Assembly (NCBI GenBank): GCA_963823655.1
Contig: CAWGMK010000013.1
Location: forward strand, 256,001-320,000
Reading direction: 5' to 3'
DNA from: an uncultured Bacillota bacterium
GTDB lineage: Bacteria; Bacillota; DTU025; MWDF01
DNA length: 64,000 nucleotides
The first letter of the stretch is position 1. Each line of letters begins with the position of its first letter. Positions 21,563 through 32,148 of the stretch are shown here, piece after piece. The notes beneath the pieces were generated by a model. That model made no database searches, was not told the origin of the DNA, and saw nothing but the letters and a program-made list of their open reading frames with translations. Both the position numbers and the translations under genes were made by a program.

Positions 21563-22557
21563 GGGTCCCGGAGAATATAATCGCCGCCATACGCAGCGCC
21601 GAATCTGTGCTGGTTACGTCTCACATCGTCCCCGACGGCGATGCCATCGGTTCGGTGCTGGGGCTTGGCCTTTCCTTAAAGGAAGCAGGCAAGCGGGTAT
21701 ATCTGCTGGTAGACGGCGGGGCTCCGAGAAACCTGTCATTTCTTCCCGGTGCGTCCTATATACTCACGGACCCCGAGGAGATACCGGAAGGCCTCGACCT
21801 TGCGGTAATCCTGGATGTGGGCTCATACGACAGGATAGGAGTCGCAGAGGCTCCTGCAAAGTCGTGCAAATTGAAGGTGAACATCGACCACCATGCTACG
21901 AACTCCGGGTTCACCGAGCTTGCGTGGGTGGATACTTCGGCCCCTGCGACAGGCCTCATGGTGGCGGAGCTGGTCAAATCATTGGGGCTTCCTTTCAAAC
22001 CTGCCGCGGCGACTGCGATATTCTGCGCGATTTCAACAGATACCGGCTCTTTCAGGTATAGCAACACTAACTCGGCGTGCTTCAGGCTCGCGGCGGAGCT
22101 CATCGACGCAGGCGCAGATCCTTATGGAGTGTCCATGAACGTCTACGACAGCAGGCCTCTGGGCGCGGTAAAAGGGCTGGGCGCAGTGCTTTCCGAAATT
22201 GAGATAAAAGTCGGCGGCAAGCTTGCAGTAATGCAAATAAGGCGGGCTCTCATGCTCGAGTACGGCCTTAGCGAGAGCGACGTCGAGGGCTTCATCTCCT
22301 ACGGAAGGTCCATCGACGGCGTCGAAGTATGCGTAGCTTTCAAGGAGCTGGAAGACGGCGTAGTGAAAGTCGGATTCAGGTCCAAATCGCTTATTGACGT
22401 GTCCGTAATTGCCTCCGGGTTCGGAGGGGGCGGCCACAAGCGCGCATCGGGATGCACAGTTGAAGGCGGCCTTGACAGGGCCCTCGGGATGATCATCCCG
22501 GCAGTAGAACGGGCGATTGCGGAAGGGTATTCCCATGGACGGAATTCTAGGGATTGA
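21559..22557 (+). CDS. nrnA: DHH/DHHA1 phosphoesterase (NrnA-like nanoRNase/pAp phosphatase)
   Basis: HIVPDGDA, IDHH, TDTGSF and GGGGH motifs. Confidence 0.88.
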   Translation: MRVPENIIAAIRSAESVLVTSHIVPDGDAIGSVLGLGLSLKEAGKRVYLLVDGGAPRNLSFLPGASYILTDPEEIPEGLDLAVILDVGSYDRIGVAEAPAKSCKLKVNIDHHATNSGFTELAWVDTSAPATGLMVAELVKSLGLPFKPAAATAIFCAISTDTGSFRYSNTNSACFRLAAELIDAGADPYGVSMNVYDSRPLGAVKGLGAVLSEIEIKVGGKLAVMQIRRALMLEYGLSESDVEGFISYGRSIDGVEVCVAFKELEDGVVKVGFRSKSLIDVSVIASGFGGGGHKRASGCTVEGGLDRALGMIIPAVERAIAEGYSHGRNSRD

Positions 22558-23482
22558 CAAGCCCGCAGGCCTGACGTCCTTCGATGTTGTTGCAAGGATG
22601 CGGAGGGCTTCAAGGGAAAAGAGAATTGGCCATACAGGCACACTGGATCCGGAGGCAACAGGCGTGCTTGTAATCTGTATGGGGGCGGCCACAAGGCTTT
22701 CCTCAAGGCTTACCGAAAGCACCAAGTCTTACTCGGCCGGCCTTTCGCTTGGCAGGTCAACCGACACAGCCGACGCCTGGGGCCGGACTATCCGCGAGGA
22801 GGCCGGCTTTATTTTACGCCCTGCCGAGCTTATATCTTGCCTTGCGAGCTTCCAGGGTGAAATTCTTCAGGTACCTCCCATGTTCTCGGCTTTGAAAGTG
22901 GGCGGCAGGAAGCTTTACGATATGGCGAGAAACGGCGAGCAGGTAGAGAGGGCAGCGAGGAAAGTAACGATATCCTCGATATCAGCCAATATCCCGCCCG
23001 ACAAGGCAGAGCTCAAATTCGGCGATGTGGTGGAGATTTCGGTTGAGTGCTCAGCCGGCACCTATATCAGGACGCTTTGTGAGGATATCGGGAAGTGCCT
23101 CGGCATACCGTCGCACATGTCCAGCCTGAGAAGGACCTATGCATCGGGATTCGCAATAGAGCAGTGCCTGAAGCTGGAACAGGCGGAGAAGATCGCATCC
23201 TCCGGTGAGCTGCGATCCATTATCATACCGATAGAAAAGGCGCTTCCGTTGATGCCTCGCGTAATGCTTGAGGCATTCGATGCAAACAGGGCTTGCATGG
23301 GCAATGAGATATTGTATCCAGGTCATATCGACTCCGATGAGGCGATGCTGATCGGGCCTTCTGGCGAGGCGATAGCCATCGCGCTGGCAGATACAATTCC
23401 AGCTGATAATAACAGGACTATACTAAGGCCCAGGGTCGTTTTCAGAAGTTCGGAGGAAGTTTTCGCAAATGGCGCCAGGTAA
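22535..23482 (+). CDS. truB: tRNA pseudouridine(55) synthase
   Basis: GHTGTLDP, QVPPMFSA and GTYIRTL motifs. Confidence 0.97.
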   Translation: MDGILGIDKPAGLTSFDVVARMRRASREKRIGHTGTLDPEATGVLVICMGAATRLSSRLTESTKSYSAGLSLGRSTDTADAWGRTIREEAGFILRPAELISCLASFQGEILQVPPMFSALKVGGRKLYDMARNGEQVERAARKVTISSISANIPPDKAELKFGDVVEISVECSAGTYIRTLCEDIGKCLGIPSHMSSLRRTYASGFAIEQCLKLEQAEKIASSGELRSIIIPIEKALPLMPRVMLEAFDANRACMGNEILYPGHIDSDEAMLIGPSGEAIAIALADTIPADNNRTILRPRVVFRSSEEVFANGAR

Positions 23483-24248
23483 TATGAATGCAATAGCGCT
23501 CGGGACATTCGACGGCGTGCATATCGCCCACAGGATGCTCATCAAACAGGCACTTGCCGCGAAATCTGGCGGCAAGGTCATAGCCGTTACCTTCGACAGG
23601 ATCCCGGGTTCGATGTTCGGAAAAGACGGCAAGATGCGGCAGATTGTAGATTGCCAGGACAAGCTGCGCCTTTTGTATAACGCAGGGGCCGAGGAAGTGA
23701 AGCTTCTGGCCTTTGACGAGAAGCTCTACTCAATGAGCCCGGAGGCCTTCTTCGAAGAGATCATTGTAGGACGTTATGGCGCCGGGCTGCTGGCTGTCGG
23801 CCATGATTACAGGTTCGGCAGGGGAGGCAAAGGAGACGTAGACCTTCTTCAGAGGCTCTGTATAGAACAAGGCGTGCAGCTTCTGGTGCTCGGGGAGATG
23901 TCCATGGGGGATATCAGGATTTCGAGCTCGGAGATCAGGCGCAGGATAGCCTCCGGGCAGTCCTTGGAAGCCGCCGAAATGCTGGGCAGGGTGCATTCTT
24001 TCAAAGCCGTCGGAAGCGGCGGTTCCTATCTCGTGGATGAGGAGCTTGCGCTGCCGCCCGCAGGGATGAAGTTCAAAACCGCAGTATTCGACGATTTGCC
24101 CGATTTCGCAAGCTTCGATGAATACGATTCCATATTTTGGTTGGAGCAATCCCGGGACGGATATGTAATCAGGCTTCAGGGCAATGCTCCGATCCGGGGC
24201 AAAAGGGAGATCTATTTGCTCTTCGGCCCTCGGGCCGGCCAGGTTTAA
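23469..24248 (+). CDS. ribF: FAD synthetase-like protein (FMN adenylyltransferase domain; kinase domain degenerate)
   Basis: [18 protein letters not shown] and ISSSEIR motifs. The PTAN motif is absent. Confidence 0.8.
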   Translation: MAPGNMNAIALGTFDGVHIAHRMLIKQALAAKSGGKVIAVTFDRIPGSMFGKDGKMRQIVDCQDKLRLLYNAGAEEVKLLAFDEKLYSMSPEAFFEEIIVGRYGAGLLAVGHDYRFGRGGKGDVDLLQRLCIEQGVQLLVLGEMSMGDIRISSSEIRRRIASGQSLEAAEMLGRVHSFKAVGSGGSYLVDEELALPPAGMKFKTAVFDDLPDFASFDEYDSIFWLEQSRDGYVIRLQGNAPIRGKREIYLLFGPRAGQV

Positions 24249-24250
24249 GG

Positions 24251-24279
24251 TTTACAGGTCCAAGCTGCTCTGTTATACT
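24251..24279 (+). promoter_or_regulatory. sigma-A promoter of rpsO
   Basis: TTTACA-17 bp-TATACT with TG extension. Confidence 0.7.
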
Positions 24280-24294
24280 GTTATGTGTATTAAG

Positions 24295-24356
24295 CCAACC
24301 CATGCTCAGATGCTCGCAACTCCGGCGGCTTCCTAGCTTGGGGGGTCATAAAATGG
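24295..24356 (+). ncRNA. Probable S15 (rpsO) autoregulatory leader
   Basis: Pairing of ACCCATGCT with AGCTTGGGGGGT encloses an internal stem. It lies between the promoter and the rpsO SD, as in Firmicutes S15 leaders. Confidence 0.55.
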
Positions 24357-24367
24357 AGGAGAAAGAA

Positions 24368-24637
24368 ATGCCGCTAGATCTCGTAAAGAAGAGACAGATC
24401 ATCGATGAGTACAAACAACATGAAACAGACACCGGTTCGCCTGAAGTGCAGGTCGCGATGCTGACCGAGAGGATCAATTACCTCACAGAGCATCTAAAGG
24501 AGCACAAGAAGGACCATCACTCGCGCCGTGGGCTTTTGAAGATGGTCGGACAAAGGCGAAGCCTATTGAACTATCTGAAGGACCGCGATGTAGATCGCTA
24601 CCGCGCGATAGTCGAGAAGCTGGGTCTGCGCAAATAA
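24368..24637 (+). CDS. rpsO: 30S ribosomal protein S15
   Basis: [10 protein letters not shown] and [19 protein letters not shown] motifs. Confidence 0.99.
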   Translation: MPLDLVKKRQIIDEYKQHETDTGSPEVQVAMLTERINYLTEHLKEHKKDHHSRRGLLKMVGQRRSLLNYLKDRDVDRYRAIVEKLGLRK

Positions 24638-24648
24638 TAGACGCATAT

Positions 24649-24693
24649 GGGAGCGTGGAGGCGAAGAAGGTCCTAACCGCGCTCCCTTATTTT
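24649..24693 (+). terminator. Hairpin between rpsO and pnp (terminator or processing stem)
   Basis: GGGAGCGTGG...CCGCGCTCCC followed by TTATTTT. Confidence 0.6.
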
Positions 24694-24715
24694 GAGGAGG
24701 AAGTGTAAAGAGAAG

Positions 24716-26956
24716 ATGCATCAAATTTTCACAATGGAAATTGGAGGGAAAACATTTACGGCCGAGACGGGCAAGTTCGCCAAGCAGGCATCAGGTTCGG
24801 TCCTTTGCCGTTATTCGGACACTGTGGTGCTGGTAACAGCCACGATGTCCAAGCAGCCCAGACTGGGAATAGATTTCTTCCCGCTCACGGTGGACTATGA
24901 AGAGAGGATGTATGCCGCAGGCAAGATACCCGGCGGCTTCATCAAGAGGGAAGGTAGGCCCAGCGAAGCAGCCATACTTGCAGGCAGGATGATAGACCGC
25001 CCTGTAAGGCCCCTTTTCCCGGAGGGCTTCAGAAACGACGTCCAGGTGGTAGCCACTGTTCTGTCAGTAGAGCAGGGCGTCGAACCCTCGCTAGTAGCGA
25101 TGAACGGCGCATCCATCGCCCTTTCGATCTCACCGACCCCCTTCCAGGGACCCATCGGCGGAGTGAAAGTGGGCAGGGTGGACGGCAAGTTCATAATCAA
25201 CCCCGACACTGAGCAGCAGAAGGCATCCGACATGTCCGTGGTTGTGGCAGGCACGCGCGACGCCATACTCATGGTAGAAGCCGGCGCCAACGAAGTCAGC
25301 GAGGCTGACATGCTCGAGGCCATTCTATTCGGCCACGAACAGATCAAGAAGATCATCGAATTCCAGGACGGGATCGTTGCCGCCGCTGGCGCCCCGAAGG
25401 TGGAGTTCAAGAACTTCGAGCCTGCAGCCGAAAAGATGGACATGGTGCGCTCATTCGGCGAGGCCATGCTTATAGAAGCCGTGAAGAACCCCGACAAGCT
25501 CTCCCGCGATGCGAAGATTGAGGAGGCGAAAGCCGCCATATACGAGCATTTCAGCGAGCAGATGGGCGAAGGCGCCGACCTCGGGGAGCTTTCATACATA
25601 GTCGATTTCCTGGAGAAGGAAGTCGTCCGCATGATGATCACAAGGGAGCACATGAGGCCCGACGGCCGTGCCCTTGACGAGATCAGGCCCTTGTACTGCG
25701 AAGTCGGCCTGCTTCCCAGAGTCCACGGATCCGGCCTTTTCCAGCGCGGCCAGACCCAGGTCCTGACAAGCTGCACGCTAGGTTCGGCAAGCGAGGAGCA
25801 GATCCTAGACGGCCTCGGACTTGAGGAATCGAAGAACTATATGCACCAGTACAACTTCCCGCCTTACTCGGTAGGCGAAGTAAAGCCCATGAGAGGCCCC
25901 GGCCGCCGCGAGATAGGGCACGGTGCCCTTGCAGAGCGCGCTCTTGTGCCTGTGATACCCCCTCAGGATGTCTTCCCTTACACCATAAGGATGGTATCCG
26001 AGGCTATCGAATCTAACGGCTCAACCAGCCAGGCATCGATATGCGGCAGCACCCTCGCCCTTATGAACGCGGGCGTGCCGATAAGGAAGCCCGTTGCCGG
26101 AGTAGCGATGGGACTCGTCAAATTCGGCGAGGACTACGCAATACTTACAGACATCCAGGGCATAGAGGACCATTTGGGCGACATGGACTTCAAAGTCGCG
26201 GGAACCGCAGACGGCATCACCGCCATTCAGATGGACATAAAGATCAAGGGCCTTTCCAAGGACATCCTCGAGAAGGCACTTGCCCAGGCGAAGAAGGGCA
26301 GACTGTTCATCCTGAAGACCATGCTCGAGTGCATCGACAAGCCCAACACAGAGCTTTCACCTTACGCGCCCAGGATAATCTCCTTCACCATCGACGTCGA
26401 CAAGATCAGGGAGGTAATTGGCCCTGGCGGCAAGATGATAAGGAAGATAATCGAGATGACAGGCGCCGGCATAGACATAGAGGATGACGGCCGCGTATTC
26501 GTGTCATCAGTAGGCCAGGAGGGCGCAATCAAGGCCGAGAACTACATCAAGGCACTTGTCAGCGACCCCGTGGTAGGCACGGTTTATAACGGCAAGGTCA
26601 CAAGGATAATGACTTTCGGAGCCTTTGTGGAGATCCTCCCGGGCAAGGAAGGCCTCGTACATATTTCCCAGCTGGCGGCCGATCGCGTTGCCAAGGTGGA
26701 GGACGTCGTCAAAGTGGGCGATGAGCTTTCAGTCAAGCTGATGGAGATCGACTCCCAGGGAAGGCTGAACCTATCGCACAAGGAGCTGCTGCCCAAGCCG
26801 GAAAGGCCAGCTGTTAGTCCGATCGAAAGGCCAATCGCCCCTCAGATCGAAAGACCGGCGGCAAAGCCGGTAGAGCAGGCGGAACCGGTAGAGCAGACAC
26901 AGAAGTCAGAAGATGACCTCGACGGCAAGTTCTACGCCAGGCCCAAGCGCAGCTAG
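24716..26956 (+). CDS. pnp: Polyribonucleotide nucleotidyltransferase
   Basis: [25 protein letters not shown] and [10 protein letters not shown] motifs; KH and S1 domains. Confidence 0.99.
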   Translation: MHQIFTMEIGGKTFTAETGKFAKQASGSVLCRYSDTVVLVTATMSKQPRLGIDFFPLTVDYEERMYAAGKIPGGFIKREGRPSEAAILAGRMIDRPVRPLFPEGFRNDVQVVATVLSVEQGVEPSLVAMNGASIALSISPTPFQGPIGGVKVGRVDGKFIINPDTEQQKASDMSVVVAGTRDAILMVEAGANEVSEADMLEAILFGHEQIKKIIEFQDGIVAAAGAPKVEFKNFEPAAEKMDMVRSFGEAMLIEAVKNPDKLSRDAKIEEAKAAIYEHFSEQMGEGADLGELSYIVDFLEKEVVRMMITREHMRPDGRALDEIRPLYCEVGLLPRVHGSGLFQRGQTQVLTSCTLGSASEEQILDGLGLEESKNYMHQYNFPPYSVGEVKPMRGPGRREIGHGALAERALVPVIPPQDVFPYTIRMVSEAIESNGSTSQASICGSTLALMNAGVPIRKPVAGVAMGLVKFGEDYAILTDIQGIEDHLGDMDFKVAGTADGITAIQMDIKIKGLSKDILEKALAQAKKGRLFILKTMLECIDKPNTELSPYAPRIISFTIDVDKIREVIGPGGKMIRKIIEMTGAGIDIEDDGRVFVSSVGQEGAIKAENYIKALVSDPVVGTVYNGKVTRIMTFGAFVEILPGKEGLVHISQLAADRVAKVEDVVKVGDELSVKLMEIDSQGRLNLSHKELLPKPERPAVSPIERPIAPQIERPAAKPVEQAEPVEQTQKSEDDLDGKFYARPKRS

Positions 26957-27004
26957 TAACAAGTACTTCAGCGCGAAAGGACCATGACAATACGGAGGTG
27001 CCTT

Positions 27005-28087
27005 ATGAGCAACGCAGGAAGAGGCCCGATTACCGTACTTGCTGTAAATCCGGGCTCGACTTCAACCAAGGCGGCCGTCTTCACTGACGGCAAGCTGTCG
27101 GAATCATTCAGCATAGAGCATGACAAAGCGGTCCTTGATTCGCTGGGGGCAATCAAGGACCAGCTCACATACAGACTGGATGGTATAAGAGCCGCCCTTG
27201 TCCACGACGCCGGATGCCTTGACGGGCTGAGCGCAGTAGTGGGAAGGGGCGGCCTTCTCAAACCTATGGAGGGCGGGGTGTATGAGGTCGGCCTCAAAAT
27301 GGTCGAAGATGCCCTGGAGCGCCCCATGGCGCAGCATGCGGCAAATCTCGGCTGTGCGCTTGCCTTCAACCTTGCAAAGGAGCACGGTGTGCCCGCCTAT
27401 ATAGTGGATGCCGTCTGTACGGACGAGTACGAGCCCGAAGCCCGCATATCGGGGCTTCCCGCGGTGCCCAGGATATCCTTCCTGCACGCCCTCTCTGCGA
27501 GGGCATCTGCCAGAAGGGCCGCCTCCGAGCTCGGCCTGGCCTTCGAAAAGGCGAGCTTCGTCGTAGCGCACATGGGAGGCGGGACCACAATCTGCTCGGT
27601 CAGGGGCGGAAGGCTAATCGATGCCAACAACTCAAATGACGAAGGACCTTTCACACCTGAAAGGACCGGCACTCTGCCGGCTGGCTCGGTTGTGGATATT
27701 TGTTATTCGGGCAAGTACACTAAGCAGCAGCTAAGAGACATATTCCTTCGCAAAAGCGGCCTGTTCGGATATACCGGCACCAATGACGCCAGGGAGATAA
27801 TCAAAAGGATTGAGGCCGGCGACGAGAAGGCGAGGGAAGTCATGTCAGCCATGGCATACCAGACAGCAAAAGAGATAGGCGCCTATGCCGCGGTCCTTTC
27901 CGGGAAACAGGACGCGGTCGTGCTGACCGGAGGCCTTGCTAACTGGTCCATGTTCGTCCAGGAGCTTACAGGATACATTTCATTTTTAGGCAAAATCCTT
28001 GTGTATCCGGGAGAGAATGAGATGCAGGCGCTTGGCGAAGGCGCAACGCTTGCCGTAATGGGCAAAGTGCCCGTGAAGAAATACTGA
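27005..28087 (+). CDS. buk: Butyrate/branched-chain carboxylate kinase (copy 1)
   Basis: NPGSTSTK, GRGGLL, HAANLG, HMGGG and GPFTPER motifs. Confidence 0.93.
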   Translation: MSNAGRGPITVLAVNPGSTSTKAAVFTDGKLSESFSIEHDKAVLDSLGAIKDQLTYRLDGIRAALVHDAGCLDGLSAVVGRGGLLKPMEGGVYEVGLKMVEDALERPMAQHAANLGCALAFNLAKEHGVPAYIVDAVCTDEYEPEARISGLPAVPRISFLHALSARASARRAASELGLAFEKASFVVAHMGGGTTICSVRGGRLIDANNSNDEGPFTPERTGTLPAGSVVDICYSGKYTKQQLRDIFLRKSGLFGYTGTNDAREIIKRIEAGDEKAREVMSAMAYQTAKEIGAYAAVLSGKQDAVVLTGGLANWSMFVQELTGYISFLGKILVYPGENEMQALGEGATLAVMGKVPVKKY

Positions 28088-28103
28088 TGAGGGGGGCTTT
28101 GGG

Positions 28104-29011
28104 ATGCTGAATACCTTCCAGCAGATTATCGATGAGGCAAAAAGGGGCGGCAAACAGCGAATAGCGATAGCCGCCGCAAATGACGCCGATGTCCTGGAGG
28201 CTGTCAAAATGGCGATGGAAATCGGGCTTGCCGATTTCACGCTGTTCGGGGACCTGGCCTCCATTAGGCAGACTGGCAAAGGAAGTCGGGCTGAGCCTTA
28301 AAGATGTAGAGATAGTCGACGAACCAATCCTTACAACCGCCGCGCTCAAAGCCGTGCAGCATGTCAGCTCCGGCAAGGCAGGAACCCTTATGAAGGGCCT
28401 AATAGGCACGTCCGATTTTCTAAGGGCAGTGCTCGACAAGGAAGTGGGCCTCCGGACAGGAAACCTCCTATCCCATGTGGCCGTCATCAAATCGTGCCAG
28501 GTTCGACAGGTTCTTCTACCTTACCGACGGGGGCATGAACATATCGCCCACGCTCGAGCAGAAGGTACAGATAATCGGAAACGCCGTTAAAGTGGCCCAT
28601 GCGCTGGGCAATCCGGAACCAAAGGTGGCCTGCATATCAGCGGTGGAGATTGTAAATCCCGACATTGCGGCCACGATGGATGCCGCACTTCTCGCGAAGA
28701 TGAGCGACAGGAAACAGATCAAAGGCTGCATAGTCGACGGCCCGTTCGGCCTGGATAATGCGGTTTCAGCTGAAGCGGCCAAACATAAGGGGGTAACAGG
28801 CCCTGTGGCCGGCCAGGCTGAGATTCTGATGTGCCCCGACATTAACACGGGAAATGTGATCTACAAGGCCCTGAGCTACTTCGCCGACATCGAATGCGGC
28901 GCAATGATCGCGGGGGCAAGGGCCCCGATAGTGCTCACCAGCAGGGCCGATTCGCCCAGGACCAAGCTTTTATCGATGGCGACTGCAGCAGCTGTTGCCC
29001 GCAACTCCTGA
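28104..29011 (+). CDS. ptb: Phosphate butyryltransferase (two frameshifts, ~28265 and ~28495)
   Basis: LMKG, LRTG.LLSH, TDGG.N, VDGPFGLDNA and LTSRAD motifs spread over three frames. Confidence 0.9.
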
Positions 29012-29033
29012 AAGTAAATCAAGGAGGTTCAAA

Positions 29034-30101
29034 ATGAGGCTCCTTATAATTAACCCCGGCTCGACTTCAACAAAGGTTGCCCTTTTCGAAGGCCTGAGCC
29101 AGACGGCGGCCGAGACTCTGAGGCATTCCCCGGAGCAGCTTTCCCCATACCCAACCATAGCCGACCAGCTCGATTTCAGGGCTGCCGAGGTCAGCGATTT
29201 CCTCATGGCCCAGGGCAACCCTCCTTTGGACGCAGTAATGGGAAGAGGCGGTCTGCTCCCACCAATGCCAAGCGGTGTCTATGAGGTTGATGATGCCCTC
29301 ATGGAGAAGCTGCTGCATCCTTCAGGCCAGCATGCATCCAACCTCGGGGGACTGATCGCAAAGAAGATCGCCGCCGAGAGGGGCATCCGTGCTTTCATTG
29401 CGGACAGCGTAACCACGGATGAGCTCTGCCCTCTGGCGAGATATTCGGGAAGCCCCCTAATTCAGAGGGTCAGCATCTTCCATGCGCTCAACCAGAAATC
29501 CATAGCAAGGCACGCCGCAAAGGACATGGGCAGGCCTTATGAGGAACTGAACCTGATAGTCTGCCACTTAGGAGGCGGCGTAAGCGTCGGAGCCCATCAC
29601 AATGGAAGGGTAGTAGACGTAAACAACGCGCTGGACGGCGACGGGCCGTTAGCCCCCGAAAGGGCAGGAACCTTACCTTTAAACGGCCTTTTAGACCTCT
29701 GCTATTCCGGGCAGTACACGCACTCCCAGGCAAGGAAGCTGCTAACTGGCGGCGGGGGTTTCGTAGCCCATTTGAGCACCAATTCGGGGACCAAGCTCGA
29801 AGAGATGGTTGCCGCGGGGGATAAGAAGGCTGAGCTCATCGAAAAAGCCTTCGCGTACACCCTGGCCAAAGAAGTGGGCCGCATGGCCGCCGTCTTGAAA
29901 GGTAAAGTCGACGCAATCATAATTACCGGCGGACTGGCCCATTCCGAGAGGATATGTTCTATGATAAAAGAGATGGTGGGAGCCTTCGGGGAAGTGAAAT
30001 GCTACCCCGGGGAGGATGAGATGAAAGCCTTGGCCGAGGCCGGCGAAAGGGTGCTCGGCTCTGCCCGCCAAATGCCACCGAAAGGAGGTCAGCCTTGTTG
30101 A
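29034..30101 (+). CDS. buk: Butyrate/branched-chain carboxylate kinase (copy 2)
   Basis: INPGSTSTK, HASNLG, FHALNQK and HLGGGVSV motifs. Confidence 0.95.
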   Translation: MRLLIINPGSTSTKVALFEGLSQTAAETLRHSPEQLSPYPTIADQLDFRAAEVSDFLMAQGNPPLDAVMGRGGLLPPMPSGVYEVDDALMEKLLHPSGQHASNLGGLIAKKIAAERGIRAFIADSVTTDELCPLARYSGSPLIQRVSIFHALNQKSIARHAAKDMGRPYEELNLIVCHLGGGVSVGAHHNGRVVDVNNALDGDGPLAPERAGTLPLNGLLDLCYSGQYTHSQARKLLTGGGGFVAHLSTNSGTKLEEMVAAGDKKAELIEKAFAYTLAKEVGRMAAVLKGKVDAIIITGGLAHSERICSMIKEMVGAFGEVKCYPGEDEMKALAEAGERVLGSARQMPPKGGQPC

Positions 30102-30304
30102 AGAAAGTCGTAATCGACATCGAACGCTGCAAGGGGTGCGAACTTTGCGTAAGGTACTGCCCCAAGGATGCCCTGGCAATTGATGAGACAACCAATTCGA
30201 AGGGATACCTTCCTGCCTTCCTCAAAGACGAGGAAGCGTGCATAAGCTGCGGAATTTGCGGGAAGATGTGCCCGGATTCCGCAATCGAAGTATTCAAGCC
30301 CTAG
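30095..30304 (+). CDS. 2x[4Fe-4S] ferredoxin, delta subunit of 2-oxoacid oxidoreductase
   Basis: CKGCELC...CP and CISCGIC...CP motifs. Confidence 0.93.
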   Translation: MLKKVVIDIERCKGCELCVRYCPKDALAIDETTNSKGYLPAFLKDEEACISCGICGKMCPDSAIEVFKP

Positions 30305-30331
30305 CGCAGTAAACTTAAGGAGGCATTTGAA

Positions 30332-31399
30332 GTGTCTGAGAAGAAGCTTTTCAAGGGCAATGAGGCCGTAGGCGAAGCCGCCATAAGGGCCGGCTGCCGC
30401 TATTTCTTCGGCTATCCCATAACTCCTCAGAACGAGATACCGGAATATATGTCCAGGAGGCTGCCTGAAGTGGGCGGCTGTTTCCTGCAGGCGGAAAGCG
30501 AAGTTGCCGCAATAAACATGGTATACGGCGCCGCTGCCGCAGGGGCAAGGGTCATGACCTCGTCATCGAGCCCGGGCATCTCATTGAAGATGGAGGGCAT
30601 ATCCTATATAGCAGGCTCTCTGCTGTCGCCGCTGATCGTCAACATGGTCCGCGGAGGACCGGGGCTTGGCGACATACAGCCATCTCAAAGCGACTATTTC
30701 CAGGCCACCAAAGGAGGCGGGCATGGGGACTACAAGCTGATTGTATTCACCCCCGCAAGCATACAGGAGATGGTGGACCTGATATACATATCCTTCGAGA
30801 CGGGTGAGAAGTACCTTATGCCGGTCATGATACTTGCCGACGGAGTGCTCGGCCAGATGATGGAATCGGTGGAGTTCCCCGAGATGAAGGAGCCTAATGA
30901 TCCCAATTCCAGTTCATTTGCCATTACCGGGGCTGCAGGAAGGCCAGCGAGGGTTGTCAAGGCCTTCGACCTGGATCCCGAGAAGATGTATCAGCTGAAC
31001 ATGGAGATGGCGGAGAGAAACAAGCTTGTAGAGAAGAATGAGACAAGGGTAGAAGAATACATGATGGACGATGCCGAGTTCGCGCTTGTGGCATACGGCA
31101 CCTCAAGCAGGATATGCCGCTCGGCTGTGGATAAGGCGAGGGCCGAAGGGCTGAAGCTTGGGCTTATCAGGCCGATAACGGTCTGGCCGTTCCCTTACGA
31201 GACGATAAGGAAAGCAGCCTCAAAGGTAAAGGGGTTCCTGGTAGTCGAGATGAGCCTGGGCCAATTCATAGAGGACGTCAGGCTCGCGGTAGAGGGAAAG
31301 AAGCCCGTCGCGCTGCACGCAATACCTGGAGGCCTCATCCCCAAGAGGGACGAAGTGCTTGCGCAGGTACATGGCATACTTGACGGGAAGGGGGTTTGA
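30332..31399 (+). CDS. 2-oxoisovalerate:ferredoxin oxidoreductase alpha-type subunit (VorB family)
   Basis: GYPITPQ, QAESE, SSSPG and RGGPGLG motifs. Confidence 0.92.
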   Translation: MSEKKLFKGNEAVGEAAIRAGCRYFFGYPITPQNEIPEYMSRRLPEVGGCFLQAESEVAAINMVYGAAAAGARVMTSSSSPGISLKMEGISYIAGSLLSPLIVNMVRGGPGLGDIQPSQSDYFQATKGGGHGDYKLIVFTPASIQEMVDLIYISFETGEKYLMPVMILADGVLGQMMESVEFPEMKEPNDPNSSSFAITGAAGRPARVVKAFDLDPEKMYQLNMEMAERNKLVEKNETRVEEYMMDDAEFALVAYGTSSRICRSAVDKARAEGLKLGLIRPITVWPFPYETIRKAASKVKGFLVVEMSLGQFIEDVRLAVEGKKPVALHAIPGGLIPKRDEVLAQVHGILDGKGV

Positions 31400-32148
31400 G
31401 CATGCAGGAGGTCTACAGGACAGCCAAGTCACTGACGAAAGCAACTATGCACTACTGCCCGGGTTGCACACATGGCATAATTCATAAGCTGGTGGCGGAG
31501 TCAATCGACGAGCTCGGTATTAGGGAGAAGACTATAGGCGTTGCCCCGGTGGGTTGCGCTGTGCTCGCCTACCAGTACATAGATACGGACTTCGCAGTAG
31601 CGGCCCACGGCAGGGCGCCTGCCATGGCCACAGGCATCAAAAGGGTGCACCCCGACAAGATCGTATTCACATATCAAGGTGACGGAGACCTAGCGTCCAT
31701 TGGCACGGCTGAGATCGTCCATGCCGCGATGAGGGGCGAGAAGATAACGGTAATTTTCGTAAACAACGCGATTTACGGCATGACGGGAGGACAGATGGCG
31801 CCGACCACGCTAGTTGGGCAGAAGACCAGCACATCTCCCTACGGCAGGCAGGTCGAGCACTGCGGCAGCCCCATAAGGATGTCGGAGCTTCTTGCAACGA
31901 TACCCGGAGCCTACTATGTCACAAGAGTATCGGTTACAACGCCCGCGGGCCTTGCAAAGGCCAAGCGTGCAATCAAGAGGGCATTCCAAAACCAGATCGA
32001 CGGCAAGGGGCTGAGCATTGTAGAAGTGCTCTCCACATGTCCTACGAACTGGGGCAGGGCGCCTTTTGAGTCCATGCGCTGGGTAGACGAGAACATGGCC
32101 CCCTATTTTCCGCTAGGAGACTACAAGACGGCGGAGGAGGCGAAATAG
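31396..32148 (+). CDS. 2-oxoacid:ferredoxin oxidoreductase beta (TPP-binding) subunit
   Basis: YCPGC, GDGD...NN and GMTGGQ motifs. Confidence 0.93.
   Translation: MSMQEVYRTAKSLTKATMHYCPGCTHGIIHKLVAESIDELGIREKTIGVAPVGCAVLAYQYIDTDFAVAAHGRAPAMATGIKRVHPDKIVFTYQGDGDLASIGTAEIVHAAMRGEKITVIFVNNAIYGMTGGQMAPTTLVGQKTSTSPYGRQVEHCGSPIRMSELLATIPGAYYVTRVSVTTPAGLAKAKRAIKRAFQNQIDGKGLSIVEVLSTCPTNWGRAPFESMRWVDENMAPYFPLGDYKTAEEAK

Noticed and set aside
24137-24367. N-terminal extension of S15 (166-aa ORF), and similar extensions of pduL, cmk and nudF
   Set aside because: The extensions run through promoters, leaders or a tRNA. SD-associated starts lie downstream.
5759-25776. Long antisense ORFs (e.g. 5759-6742, 19028-20095, 24895-25776)
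   Set aside because: Shadows of GC-rich sense genes with no motifs or SD sites.
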